Shown piece by piece: positions 1 to 11,320 of a stretch of 64,000 bases of DNA. Under the pieces are notes generated by a model, which saw only the letters and a list, made by a program, of their open reading frames with translations, was not told where the DNA came from and made no database searches. Position numbers and translations under genes: made by a program. The stretch is from Hydrolagus colliei (lineage: Eukaryota). The DNA lies in assembly GCA_035084275.1 (NCBI GenBank), contig CM068756.1, positions 14,384,001 through 14,448,000 of the forward strand. Reading direction: 5' to 3'. Within the stretch, counting starts at the first letter, position 1; every line of letters starts with the position of its first letter.

Positions 1-127
1 TTTCACTACATTTGACTATTGCGAAACATATTGTTGACCTGGTTTCAGGTCAGCCCTTACCAAGTGCTGTTTCATTAACACTGTAGAGATGGAGTGACGA
101 GATGAGACCGGTTTATACAACTTGCGT

Positions 128-133
128 TTTATT
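128..133 (-). promoter_or_regulatory. Putative polyadenylation signal (AATAAA) of G1
   Basis: TTTATT on + lies in a 3' flank block conserved with G3 (19921-19926) and G5 (46242-46247). G4 has AGTAAA at the equivalent site. Confidence 0.55.
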
Positions 134-408
134 CAAAGCCTGACTGAGTGCGCTACACAGCAGACCCTCTGATTGTAGCAGCTAAACAAGCAATGTTTTA
201 AACAAATAATTAAGTATGGCTCTATCTGATTGTAAGCGACAATTTCCAAGAACTTTAAGGAGAGCGTATAATGTGATAAACACATACAGGCTATTGTGGT
301 TTAAACAGCTGTAAATTGAAAAACCTCTTAGGATTAATGTGCACGTTATTCGATATGTTGGAAAATCACATATAGTGTACACCGATATCAGTTTCTATCC
401 CTGATGCA

Positions 409-552
409 TTATTTAGTTCCTGGTTCTCTGAGATAAGCGGCGGCTGCTTCTCGGTGATGTCTCACATGCAGCTCTGCTTACTCTGTATTATTAACGGGAG
501 TCCAATTCAACCAGCCGTGAGCCACCGCCTCGTTCTCTGCTCCGGGTATCAT
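409..552 (-). pseudogene. G1 relic terminal exon (fused exon A/B), now downstream of the stop codon
   Basis: Acceptor ttttacag|ATG. It reads MIPGAENEAVAHGWLNWTPVNNTE*, with the ITIM Tyr replaced by His and the second Tyr codon read as TAA (478-480). The ancestral REPGTK* ending is at 409-411. Confidence 0.75.
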
Positions 553-929
553 CTGTAAAACATAACACATTGGTATTTCTAGAACATCTTTCATGTCGGG
601 AGCACATCCTCCGGCACCGATAGATTGTTGTTTTCACTGTTCTGAAGCGGGCTGTGAGGGACATGAGAAGGAAAGCTCTTTCCAGTTTCTGATGCGAATG
701 AGAAACAATTTTCCTTTTATTCTTATTATATGAAAATCAACTTGTTTCTCATTCGCATCAGGAACTGAAAATATTTCCCTCTCATTTTCACACATTATCA
801 TCCACACATAGGTCTCTTTGAAATGAGTTGTTTAGATTTCTTTTTTTCATAATTTTAAACAAAGAAAAACTGGAAAAACGCAAAATTTCGGTCTGGGGTA
901 CCAGCCTGAAATAAAGGCACCCACTCTTC

Positions 930-3900
930 TCACTGGCACAGTTGCTTCTGGTTTCTGCGAGGGCTTTTGAAAGAAATTCAATAAATCAAGTAATATTAAT
1001 TTTTGATGATATATTGCTTAGACCAAATGAAGAGCGTTTCGAAGCTAGCAAGCTGCCAGTCTGTCTTTTTTTCTAAAAATACATAAAGTTGTCTGTTTGC
1101 ATCAGATTGATTTTATTATACTCTAATCTAAACCCAGATGCAGAGAGTGGCAGAAATCAGACAATCACCAATTGATCACCACTCTCATTCCTTCTGCCTT
1201 TCCTGTGCCTGCTTCAATCAACGTCGTTGATGTAACAAGCGAGAGAATAGATGATTGAGGGTATATAATATAAAACTAACAAGGTAATATTAAACTTTTA
1301 TCAAGTGATGTGGAACTGTTCCTTTGGAACAAAGACATTTGGGTGTCGACCTGAGGAGATCTTTAGAATCGTGAGGTTAGCAATCCCATGTCGGGGGTAA
1401 TGGTTGAGACAAATGCACATTAGCTTTGTAAAGGCTACTCGATATAACATCTAAAATGAGTGAAATGCTAGAGTGTAAGGAAGAGGTAGATACATCTCAA
1501 AATGCATCTCTTTGACCTCAGTTTAAGTCGTCCTTCCTCTCCCCACAACTCAATCCCACCGCGGGCTGGGGAGCTGGGCCGGTAGTGAGATGTGTTTGGG
1601 GGATTGCCTCCAGACTTGAATGACGCTCGAAATATATATATTTGTGGTGCATTGTTAAATGTCGCCATAAGTTAAAATAACCTCTTTGACCCAAATTCAG
1701 AGTTCTACAGCTGTGTTTCTATCGATAACTGATACTTCCCTCCATTTATATGAACAATCTGCATTTGGGTTCAATTTGGGGCACTATTTCCAAATTTGCC
1801 AACGAGACAAAAAACGAACCTCAGAGTGAAGCGGGTTGTAATTCCATTGAAGAGACATTGTGGAAACCACAATGGTCAATTCTGTGGTTGTATCACAACC
1901 GATTTCAGAAATTCGTTGCTTGCAAATTTCCGATTAAATACGCAGCTAAACACACGCAGAGGGGCGAGTGTGTGAGGACATTGGCATTTGTGAATCGATC
2001 CCATCATAATGTATTAATCATTGGCTCTGCTTTACACGATTTCGCTCAGATTTTCGCTCCTCGTCACCCGGGATTCCCAAACCTGTAAAAAATGTATTGT
2101 TGGTATTGAATGATATATTTACATTCAAGTTAAATAAAATAGGAATACATCTTACCCTTCTCTTTTTTTTAATAATTGGCATTGATTCCCAATGACGACC
2201 AAAAGCAGCAGAATTACCAGTCCTCCCCCTGCACATCCAGCGAAGATTATGTAGTCAGTGTGAGACTCACTCTCTACAGGAAACACCATAAAGTGAGTGT
2301 GTTAGTGACCCCGGGAATGAGTTTCAGGAACAGCAATCTAGCAGGACATAGAGGAATTTAAGATACACGTTCGATATATATCATTTGATATCTTCATGTA
2401 ATAAATAAATATTGCATCGTTAGGGTAAACTAATTGTTGAATTTTCAGGGTTAGGGTTAGCGTTAGGGTTTTCAACAAAAATATAAATACTTTCCAATCC
2501 TAACTCAGCGAACATCGAGTGGTCGCGGGACGTTTGTGAGTTACCTGTGTTGGATTTCGAAACCGAGTAGACGGCAATCACCGGACTGCTGAGGGTCACG
2601 TGCTTTACCACACAGGTATAAACAACCCCTCCCTGTACAGGCTGCGTGTCCTCCACATTAACCTCGAACAGTCCATCCGAGTTCCTCTCCTTGGTCAAGT
2701 TTATCCCAGTTATAATTTCACTGTCGCCTCTATACCAAGTGAGCGTTATATCCCCCGGGTAAAAGCCGGCCGTTTTACACACGAGAATCCGAGACGTCAA
2801 TGAATCTCTGGCGAATATCTCCGGCGGGGTCGGGGAGGCTGCAGGACAGATGATGGAGTTACTTGTGATCAGTTGGAATCTACAAGTTTATTACCGTTTT
2901 GAATTGTATGTGAAATGTTTTCCTGCAACAGTACAAGAAGGAAAGTCGCTCTGAGACACTAACCATAGGACGGGCACAATACAAATGTCGTTGCCATCGC
3001 AAGGAATCATTCATTGTGACCGAAAGAGACCGATCCTGTTTTGTTTAAAACAATGTTCAGGGTAGGAAGCGTTAAAACGTGCTTTGCAGGAATTCCTGGA
3101 TGAAGTGATTCAACTGCGATGATAAAATGGGTTAAATGGTTTACCCCATTCGGGTACGTTTGATGGGTTTGGGAATGATGGGAGGTGATTTGTTTGAGCT
3201 GTCAACGAATGTCACAACAGAGTTAGGACGGATCATTTTAGTGGAGGAGAGAGAATGGAAGTCTGTCCCTCTCCAAAGTTTTGTGCCTAAACCTGTTAGA
3301 TGTGAAACGCAACAGCTCGGCTCACACGCGGGTCAGTAAAAATGACGGAATCCACTCCCTCGGGTGGCTTCAGACGCCGATTGAAGGGGATATTTAAATG
3401 CGAGAGAGATAAAAGATTTGAAGCGAGATTGGACGGTGGCGGGTGCAATTCAATTCAGAGTTCTGCAAACCTTGTCTTGCAACAATAACCCGTCTTTACA
3501 AAGCGCTCTGGCTCATAGAATAGCGTCCCGGGGAAAACTGGAGATTTCACTATAATTAGAGAATAGAGATATAAAGAAAACCTCCCCATTCACACCGAGA
3601 TTTATTTGGCTTTGATTTGCGTTTCTGAAATTTGATAAGTTTCCAGCAAATTTTTGCATGATGAGCATAGATCGTTCAAAAATAATCGAAGGAATGATTT
3701 GCGGGACATTGTTTTACGCAGATTGTTCAGGACATCAAATGTCGCCCGCCTTTGTTTACACATTTAGCTTTCAAATAAATGAGTAAATTGTACATTTACA
3801 TTTCAAATCAATGAGTCAATTGTAAATATCTGGAGAATAGGTCAAAGTGGTTTTGATTAATAATAATAATAATAATGCTTGCGTTTGATAGTCACTGTTT

Positions 3901-5426
3901 CCAATGATTTACTGTAAAGTGAGGCGACTTTGTTAGGGAACATAGCAGCCAATGTTGCAGAACACAATGCACTGCAAATAGCCACTAAGCGAATCACCGA
4001 TTGTATCTGGGGATTGTTTCACTAGCCAGCTCACGGGGAGGAAGAATCTGGTTTCTTCTTTCGAATAGTTTCAGGTTGATCTTGAATATCCACCAGAACA
4101 GGCGGAATGGATCTCGCTTCAGCGCTTCATACAAATAGCTGGAGCCTCAAGCCACAGCTGGAGCTCTCCCCTAGATTGTCCTTGCCCTAGGCATTAGACT
4201 GTCAGTGTACAGTGTGATCTTACGTATTGCCGTGGGACAATCTGAATCAATGCGTTTAGAACAGAATAAAGTATCACATATGGTTCAAATTCTACTTGCG
4301 GCGGTAGGTGAGATACATGTATTTGAAAGGATTGCTTATTAACGCAGTTATAAAGGAACCCAAACTCCCAAACTCCCACCAGTCCCGTGGCGATGGGACA
4401 GAATTGTACCAGATACATATTCTACGGATCAATGTGTTTCGGGTTAAAATAATAATAATAATCCTTGCATTTGATATAGCGCTTTCCACATCTTATCAAC
4501 GTCCCAAAGCGCTTCACAGAATATACTGTAAAGTGAATTGATTGTATATTTGTGGGCGAATCGCTGCAGCCAATTGCGCACAGCAGTGTCCCACACACAG
4601 CCGGGATTGAAATGACCAATGTTATTATTGTGGTATTTTGGGAGGGATTATTATTATTAGGTGTGTGGAGTAAGGAAACTTGCCCAAGGTTTCGCCCTGA
4701 CCTGCCTGGATTCGAACACAGGTCTCCCCATGCAAGACAAGTGATCTAACCACTGAGCCACAAATCTGTTCCCCCGTACTGCGCGATCACAGCCTTTTGT
4801 GGGAGTTGTAAATGAAACAAATAGTTTTCCCGCCACAATGTCAATTTGCCACAACACGTTCCCGGTTACTGTTGTGTCCAGACTTACCGTGTACGGTCAA
4901 ACTTGACCCGGTTCCATTCTCTACTCTTCTCCCCTGAAGGATGACTGCGCAGTGATAGACGCCGCAGTCGTTCACATTCACGTTTAGAATCTGGAACGTA
5001 TTGACATCAAACCTTTTCCTGCGGTCGGGGCCTTGGTGTAAATAGTCGCCCTCTCCTCGCTTCCACCAGCGAAACGTGAAGGGCGATTCGTGTTGAAAAT
5101 CTGTAAACTTGCAGCCAAAAGTAACGTTTTCTCCTCGCATCACTGTCCGGTCCCCGGGATATTCAATCACTTTCGCCATCGCATCACCTGCAACTGAGAG
5201 AAAATAACGCAAATCCGTAATAAGCGATTGCAGAGTGGAAGAAATGCGACGATTGCTGTTGGGAGAGAGAGAGCGAGAGAGAGGAGGTGGAGGAGTGAGA
5301 ACGATGGACTCACTCACTGAACACATTTTGAAATTGTTCATCGATATCGATCTGTGTTTAAATGCATTGTTGTGAAAAACACGAACCTGTGAAGATAATC
5401 CCCATAAGAGAAAGACAGGGGAACAT
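930..5426 (-). CDS. G1: SIRP-like V-C1 Ig-superfamily receptor with short tyrosine-free tail
   Basis: Exons: leader 5387-5426 (MFPCLSLMGIIFT), V 4888-5193 (C..WWK..GVYHC..NGTGSSLTVH), C1 2545-2838 (CKTAGFYP..W..YTCVVKH), TM 2156-2273 (IIFAGCAGGGLVILLLLVVIG), cyt1 921-963 with in-frame TGA at 930-932. All junctions are GT-AG. Confidence 0.8.
4450..4775 (-). mobile_element. tRNA-derived Deu-type SINE
   Basis: On the minus strand: A-box-like GCTCAGTGG, B-box GTTCGAATCC, a conserved core (tgtgggacactgctgtgcgcaattggctgc), an L2-like tail and (TAA)n. Many further copies occur in the window. Confidence 0.75.
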
Positions 5427-5511
5427 GTCGCTGGCCTCCACAGACTCGCCCTGAGCCTCTTGCTGGTGTAATACGGGTTTGCTGGTTGTCTGATATAAAA
5501 TAATTCGCAGT

Positions 5512-5527
5512 GTCATGTGACTTCCTG
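5512..5527 (-). promoter_or_regulatory. M-box/E-box plus ETS composite proximal promoter element of G1
   Basis: GTCATGTGACTTCCTG sits about 90 bp upstream of the ATG and is conserved in G4 and G5. Confidence 0.5.
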
Positions 5528-7139
5528 ACACAGATTAGTTGGATGTGATTTGCAAAGAGAATTGTGCGTTTCTATTAATTGTAACTCGAATCTCTCATCA
5601 GATCTGTAGCAAAGAGGAGGGTTACATTTCTATCTGCTCTGTGTGTTTGTTTTCTGCATTCTTTCATTGCCTCTTCCTTTTCCTTTCAAAATTCATATTT
5701 ATAGCAAGTGCACAAGGAACTATATTATATTAAATTGGAAATACATCTCTCTAGAGAAGCGACATCCTCATCAGTTTAAGATCAGTGTTGGGATACAACA
5801 TGTAACAAAGTCTAAAGGAAAGCACACTGAAAGCTGAAATAATCTTTGAATCCAACACAAAGATTTGATTCGTCTAATATTCTGAGGAAAGGCCCCATGA
5901 TTCCTGTTGAACCTGAGCAGTCAATCATTCAATGCATTGCCTTATTGAACGTGTTTCAAAGTTGTATTTAATCAAATTCGGTATAATGTGTACTACGCCT
6001 ATTCACCCACACAATATCAGTTCATGTGTTGCAAAAACTGCCTGTGAATGAAGACAATCATATTCTTTGTTTAACCCGGTACAGCAGAGACAATGGTAAA
6101 AAACTAATGTTGCTTCATTTTCACTTGTTATTGCACATACTTGCATAATGCCCACACAATAACCTGTTGATTTCGTCAAACGGATTGCATCACATGTTAT
6201 TATTTAGTTATTAAGGTAAATAATATCAGTTTATTTCTAATTTGAGACTGTACATTATTCTCATTAGATGAGGCAGCATAATATAAGTGAAGCAAAACAT
6301 TACCATCAATGCACACACCAAACTGAATATTTACTGTCAGGTTCAAATAGTTAAAGACAGATAATATTCAGTATGTAGATCAAATTCTCTCTAGAGGCAG
6401 TGAAATTCATGTTTCCAATTGAGGTTTTGCCATGTACCCCCCAGTGAAAATATGTTGCAGACCTGATTAGATGGATCAAACAAGAAGTCTCACTTAAAGT
6501 ATTATCATTTAAAACATGTAGGTTCTACTACCTGCATGTTCCCAGTCACAGGCTTGACTCGGAAGGATTACTAGAAAGGTAAATTACTGCCAGCAATCCA
6601 TGTTTAATGAAGGAACAACTTAATCCTGTAATGGGAAATACTCATTTAAAGTTGAGGTTTGTATGAAGGCAGTGAAGTTCATTTTCTGAACTGATGTTAT
6701 TTGCCTTCCACCATTGTGGAAATAGCAGAACTGATTACATGGATCAAACAAGAATTGTCCCTTAATGTATTATCACTTGAAACAGGCTGGGACTACTCAT
6801 GTTCCTAATCACAGGCCTGCCTCGGAAGGATTACGACAAAGTTAAAGTACTGCAAGCAAACCGTGTGTGTTTAAGTAACAACTTAATTGTGTAAAGGGAG
6901 GGAAATAAATAGGTCTGTAATTTTGTAGGAATTATGTTAAGGTTGAAGCTTTCAGTCCATAGTCCTATCTTGTTGAGGGTGGAAAGAAATTTGTCCGGTA
7001 TCCTGGTGAATGTATAATCATGATAAATTCACTCCATAAATGTAATTGTGTTGTTGTTATTATTGTTGGTACACTTTATCACGGTTTATGGGATAATATT
7101 GTGCGCAGGTTGGTTGGAGCAAATATAGTCACTACAAAG

Positions 7140-8046
7140 TAGGGTCCGTCAATATGGAAATTTTCCGATTTAGATATATCGACGGGCTCATATCGAGATA
7201 TACTGAAATATCGATATTTCCGGGTTTTTCATACTGTGCATGCGCGCGTGGTGCGCGCATTCGGAATGCGCGCGCATTTCGAGTACTATCTCCTCAGGAG
7301 GTAAATATCTTTCTCTCTCTGTGTCTCTCACTCTCACCATCTCTGTGTTTTTCTGTCTGTGTCTCTCTCACATCCCCCCCATCTCTATCTATCTGTATAT
7401 TATCACATCCACGCCGACTCTCCCCCCGCCCCCCCGCCGTCTCTCTCTCCCCCCCACCCCCTCCCAGTCAACTCTCTCCCCACCCGCCCCAGGCCGTCTC
7501 TCTCTCTCTCCCCCCCTACCCCCCCCAGGCCGTATCTCTTCCCCCCCCCACCCGCCGTCCCTCTCTGCCCACACCCCCCCCAGCCGTCTCTTTCCCCCCA
7601 CCCACCCCTCCGCCGTCCATCTCCCCCCCTACCCCCCCAGCCGTCTCTTTCCCCCTCCCCCCCGCCGTCTCTCTCTCCTCCCCACCCCCCCCAGCCGTGT
7701 CTCTCCCCCCCCCCCACTACCCCCCAGCCATTTCTCTCCCCCCCCCACAGCCGTCTCTCTGCCCCTCACCCACCCCCCAGCCTTCTCTCCCCCCTCCACC
7801 CCTTGCATACCTGTATATTGTATTCTAGGACTATGAATACAATATGGCGGCTTTGCACCTCGGTCTGTGCATCGTGTATAGAGATGAGCATTCTGGGTCT
7901 TGTAGTTCAGTGTGCGCGCATTCCGATTTTTTACCTCGATATATAGATTTTTCGATATATCGATATTTTTTGGATGCCTATATCGGCGTATCGATATGAA
8001 AACTATATCGGGTTTTAGTGATATATCGATATATTGCCAGACCATA
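7140..8046. mobile_element. Non-autonomous hAT element (907 bp)
   Basis: 8-bp TSD CTACAAAG at 7132-7139 and 8047-8054. TIRs TAGGGTCCGTCAATAT / TATGGTCTGGCAATAT match at 13/16. Subterminal GATATATCGA repeats are present, and the empty site is at about 13240. Confidence 0.85.
7370..7805. repeat. C-rich minisatellite inside the hAT element
   Basis: Repeated core ccccccagccgtctctct. The Pro-rich and Gly-rich ORFs here are by-products of the repeat. Confidence 0.8.
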
Positions 8047-8150
8047 CTACAAAGACAACGATTAAAATCTGTGAAGCATTTCAAGATGTTTGTAGTTATA
8101 GGAGCCACAATAATAATTACAAAATCGGTCCATTGGTCATCCAAATGATT

Positions 8151-8459
8151 TGCCATCTGAGCCCGGCTGGAGATACTAATTCTCACCCAGTTTCCACCAT
8201 TCAACAGTCACAGCGGAATTATCAGAAGGGGAGAAAATGCACCTAAAGGTAACATTGGCAGCTATGATGACAACAGTGGTTTCAGGGGTTTGGGTCACTT
8301 TGAGGGGAACATCGGCAGCCACTGTCAAAGATAAATACAAACTTTATGTATATGTATTTAACAAATAATACAAAAATATAGATTAAGAGAACCATATGAA
8401 ATACCTGGGCCAATGGCAAGAATTACGAGATACAGAAACACAATCCGTTTGAAAATCAT
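8151..8459 (-). pseudogene. Psi-A: leader plus 5' half of a V exon of an internally deleted SIRP-like gene
   Basis: Leader 8405-8459 MIFKRIVFLYLVILAIGP|gt, followed by an 83-nt intron. V fragment from 8321 reads VAADVPLKVTQTPETTVVIIAANVTFRCIFSPSDNSAVTVEWWKLGEN*YLQPGSDGK (TAG 8176-8178), then jumps into intron sequence. Confidence 0.8.
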
Positions 8460-9310
8460 TTTGCTCAGTGTGGGCTGCTGCTTGCTACCAATAAATTCGA
8501 AGCTCTGATGGGTGTACGAAAACTCAGTTTGTGTTTCGTTGGATGCAAATCGTGACGAGGTAACGTGATATCACAGCAGTGACACCAGAAAGTTGATAAT
8601 TGAGTTTAAGAGCATGAGATGTACAGACGTAAATGTCCTTATTGAGCTCCAATGTAACCCCAAAAGTTTACAATCTGTTCACTCTGATCCCTGGTGTATT
8701 TACTAAACCTGATGGAAAATATCTAAAAACAATTATATTGTGCAGAAATATTTTGTTTTTTGACCCTTTTAATCAGATGAATTAATTGGGTAACTGCAAT
8801 CTATTGGCACCCAGCATTACTGCAGTGGAAGGATATTTGACAATACTCTTTAACATTTCTACATAGAATACATAGATCGTGATAAACAAAAGCAAAACAA
8901 AAAATGACATTTGTATAGAGCCTTTCAAGTTGGGAGGACGTACCAAGGCACTGGGGCATTTCATAGAAGTGCTTTATCAAATACAAAGTTTATTATTAAT
9001 GGTAGTACAGGTTTTATTATTATATTTCCCATTTCCCATTTCGGCTCGAGAGAGCCACACAGATTTTCTAAAAATCTATTTTCTAACTGGAGAACAAATC
9101 AATTTGGCAATTGACTACCACCTCAGCAGGTATTAGTGTTTATCATTGCAATATTTAAGTGTTAACACAATTGTTCAAACCCAGAAATAACAGGTGCAAG
9201 TGATCATTCAAATTCTTATGCATTAAAACCTATTGTAAAAAAAGAAAATAACAAAATTACATTTATAGAGCTCCTTCCATATTGGGAGGATATCTGAAGA
9301 TGCTGAACAG

Positions 9311-9960
9311 TTAGGTCGGGACCCGAATAGGGGGAGGAGGAGGAGAGGTGGGAGAGTTAGGAGGGGAGCAGAAGGCACGGTTGAAAAGGAAGGTCTTGAG
9401 ACCGGTCTTGAAGGAGGAAAGGGGAAAGGATTGTGGGATAGAGTTCCAGAATGTGTGGACAGAATAACTTCTGCTTAAACACATTTTGCAAATACCGACA
9501 GGCATGTTTCTGTATTGCCCACAGCACAGAAACTGCTCTGGACGAGGTCACAAATAATATTCTGACGATTTGTTACCAGGGCTCCCTCTGTCTCCTCCTC
9601 CTGCTGGACCTATCTGCTGCCTTCGACACCATGGACCGCTCAATCCTCCTCCACCACCTCTCCTCCCACCTCAACCTTTAAGATTCTGTCCTTGACTGGT
9701 TCCGGTCCTATCTTTCACACCCTTCTGATTTGTGTCCACCAATGGCATTACCTCCAGCCCCCACACTGTCTCATATGGCATTCCTCAGGGCTCTGTCCTT
9801 CATCCCCTTCTCTTCAGTTGAATGTCTGTAAGACTGAGACCCTCCTGATTGGCTTTTATCAGTGCCTCCACACCTCAGGCGTTGGCAGCATCAGCATCCA
9901 GCACTCTCCACCTCTCAAATGCAGTCAGGAACCTTTTCAATGTGGTATTGCATCGCATTT
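9311..9960. mobile_element. L2-type LINE fragments (minus-strand 3' part plus plus-strand RT fragment)
   Basis: ORF 9451-9681 contains STETAL..V.N..LLLLLDLSAAFDTMD, an L2-like RT motif. Confidence 0.7.
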
Positions 9961-10644
9961 TCTGAGATAGTTGCTAGGGTAAATTACTTCTCATTTGAGA
10001 CTGGATATTATTTGCATCAAACGAGGTAACATAATGTAAGTGAAACAAAGCATTACCCTCACAACACACACTGAACTGGAAAGTATTTACTTCCAGCCGC
10101 ATGTATGGCAAGAGGACCTGGTATTGAACATATCAGATTCATCCAGGAGGCAGCAGCCCGAACTCAGGCTAATTTTCTTTTAAATGTAACAGATGGAGAA
10201 TTCTTTTTTACAATTGCTCATGTGCTCTATCAATTGTGTGGGCATCAAACTGGATCATTGCTGTTGAAATTGGCTACAAAGTCAATGGAATGAAGATAGA
10301 AGGAATGAACTAAATGGGCTGCTGTTCGGCCAAACATTCAATTGACGTATAATCTGTGAAGCACTTTGAGACATCTCGATGACGGGAGCATTAAATCAAC
10401 TACAGGGATTAATAATATGAGCAATTCTTAAAATGCTTGGATTTTCCAGAGAGAGAGAAACGTTACTGAATGTTAAAGAGTCATCATAATCTATGTCTCA
10501 AACCCACAGTAAGTACTTGACTAAGTTATATTTGAAACAAAGTGTAAGAATTTCATGTTATGGTTTTTGATTTTATTTATGTGATTCTATCGAAGATATA
10601 GATTGACCAATTCAAACCCAACACACTGTGTTCCATAATTGTTG

Positions 10645-10650
10645 TTTATT
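10645..10650 (-). promoter_or_regulatory. Candidate polyadenylation signal of G2
   Basis: AATAAA on the minus strand about 670 nt after the G2 stop, in the same tttattgaaag context as the G3 signal. Confidence 0.4.
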
Positions 10651-10689
10651 GAAAGTCAACACAATCGCTTGACAGTGTACACGTTATTG

Positions 10690-10729
<40 letters not shown>

Positions 10730-10735
10730 GCAACC
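10690..10735. repeat. (TCAA)n microsatellite
   Basis: Direct reading. Confidence 0.9.
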
Positions 10736-11320
10736 AAAACTTACATTTATATATCGCCTTTCACATCGAGCGGACGTCCCAAGACGCTATACACTTAGGT
10801 AGGGACAAGAGTGGGTGGGGGTGGGGAGGTGGGATGGGATGGGTTGGGGCATAATGAAAAAGGGTAGGAAAATTGACTGTACGTTTGTGGGCAAAATGTG
10901 GCAGCCAAATTGCGCACAGCAATGGAAGTGGGATTAGGGGAAAAGGGGGGGAAAGATGGCAAGGGGAGGGGTAGGGGCAATGAGAGCAGGAAAGCCGACT
11001 GTATATTTGTGGGCGAAACTGGTTCTAGATTTGTATTGGTATATTTTGTTCTCTTGATAATAGTTTCATTGCTTTTATAACTGATTATATTTTATAACAC
11101 AGCTACATTATCAGATTAGTATTAAACAATTTAGAAGATGAAATGGCATAATCAACTTGATAAATGGTGGGTAATACAAACGGAATCAAGAATGATGTCT
11201 TTCTGCACTGTCAAATCGGTGATACAATAGCAGACCAGCATTGATACATACATTGTCACTAGTCTACATTGACAGGGATCTGTGACTGACATGCAGAGGT
11301 AATAGTCTAATATTGTGACA

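Larger units (their letters stand above)
6335..8150 (-). repeat. Paralogous copy of the G2 cyt1-exon A intron (part of psi-A)
   Basis: Collinear matches: 6340-7030 with 12350-12780, 7080-7139 with 13190-13245, and 8055-8151 with 13245-13304 plus 14970-15001. Confidence 0.75.

Noticed and set aside
7154-7946. Long Pro-rich and Gly-rich ORFs (195-224 aa)
   Set aside because: They are open in several frames because of the C-rich minisatellite inside a hAT element, so they are not a gene.
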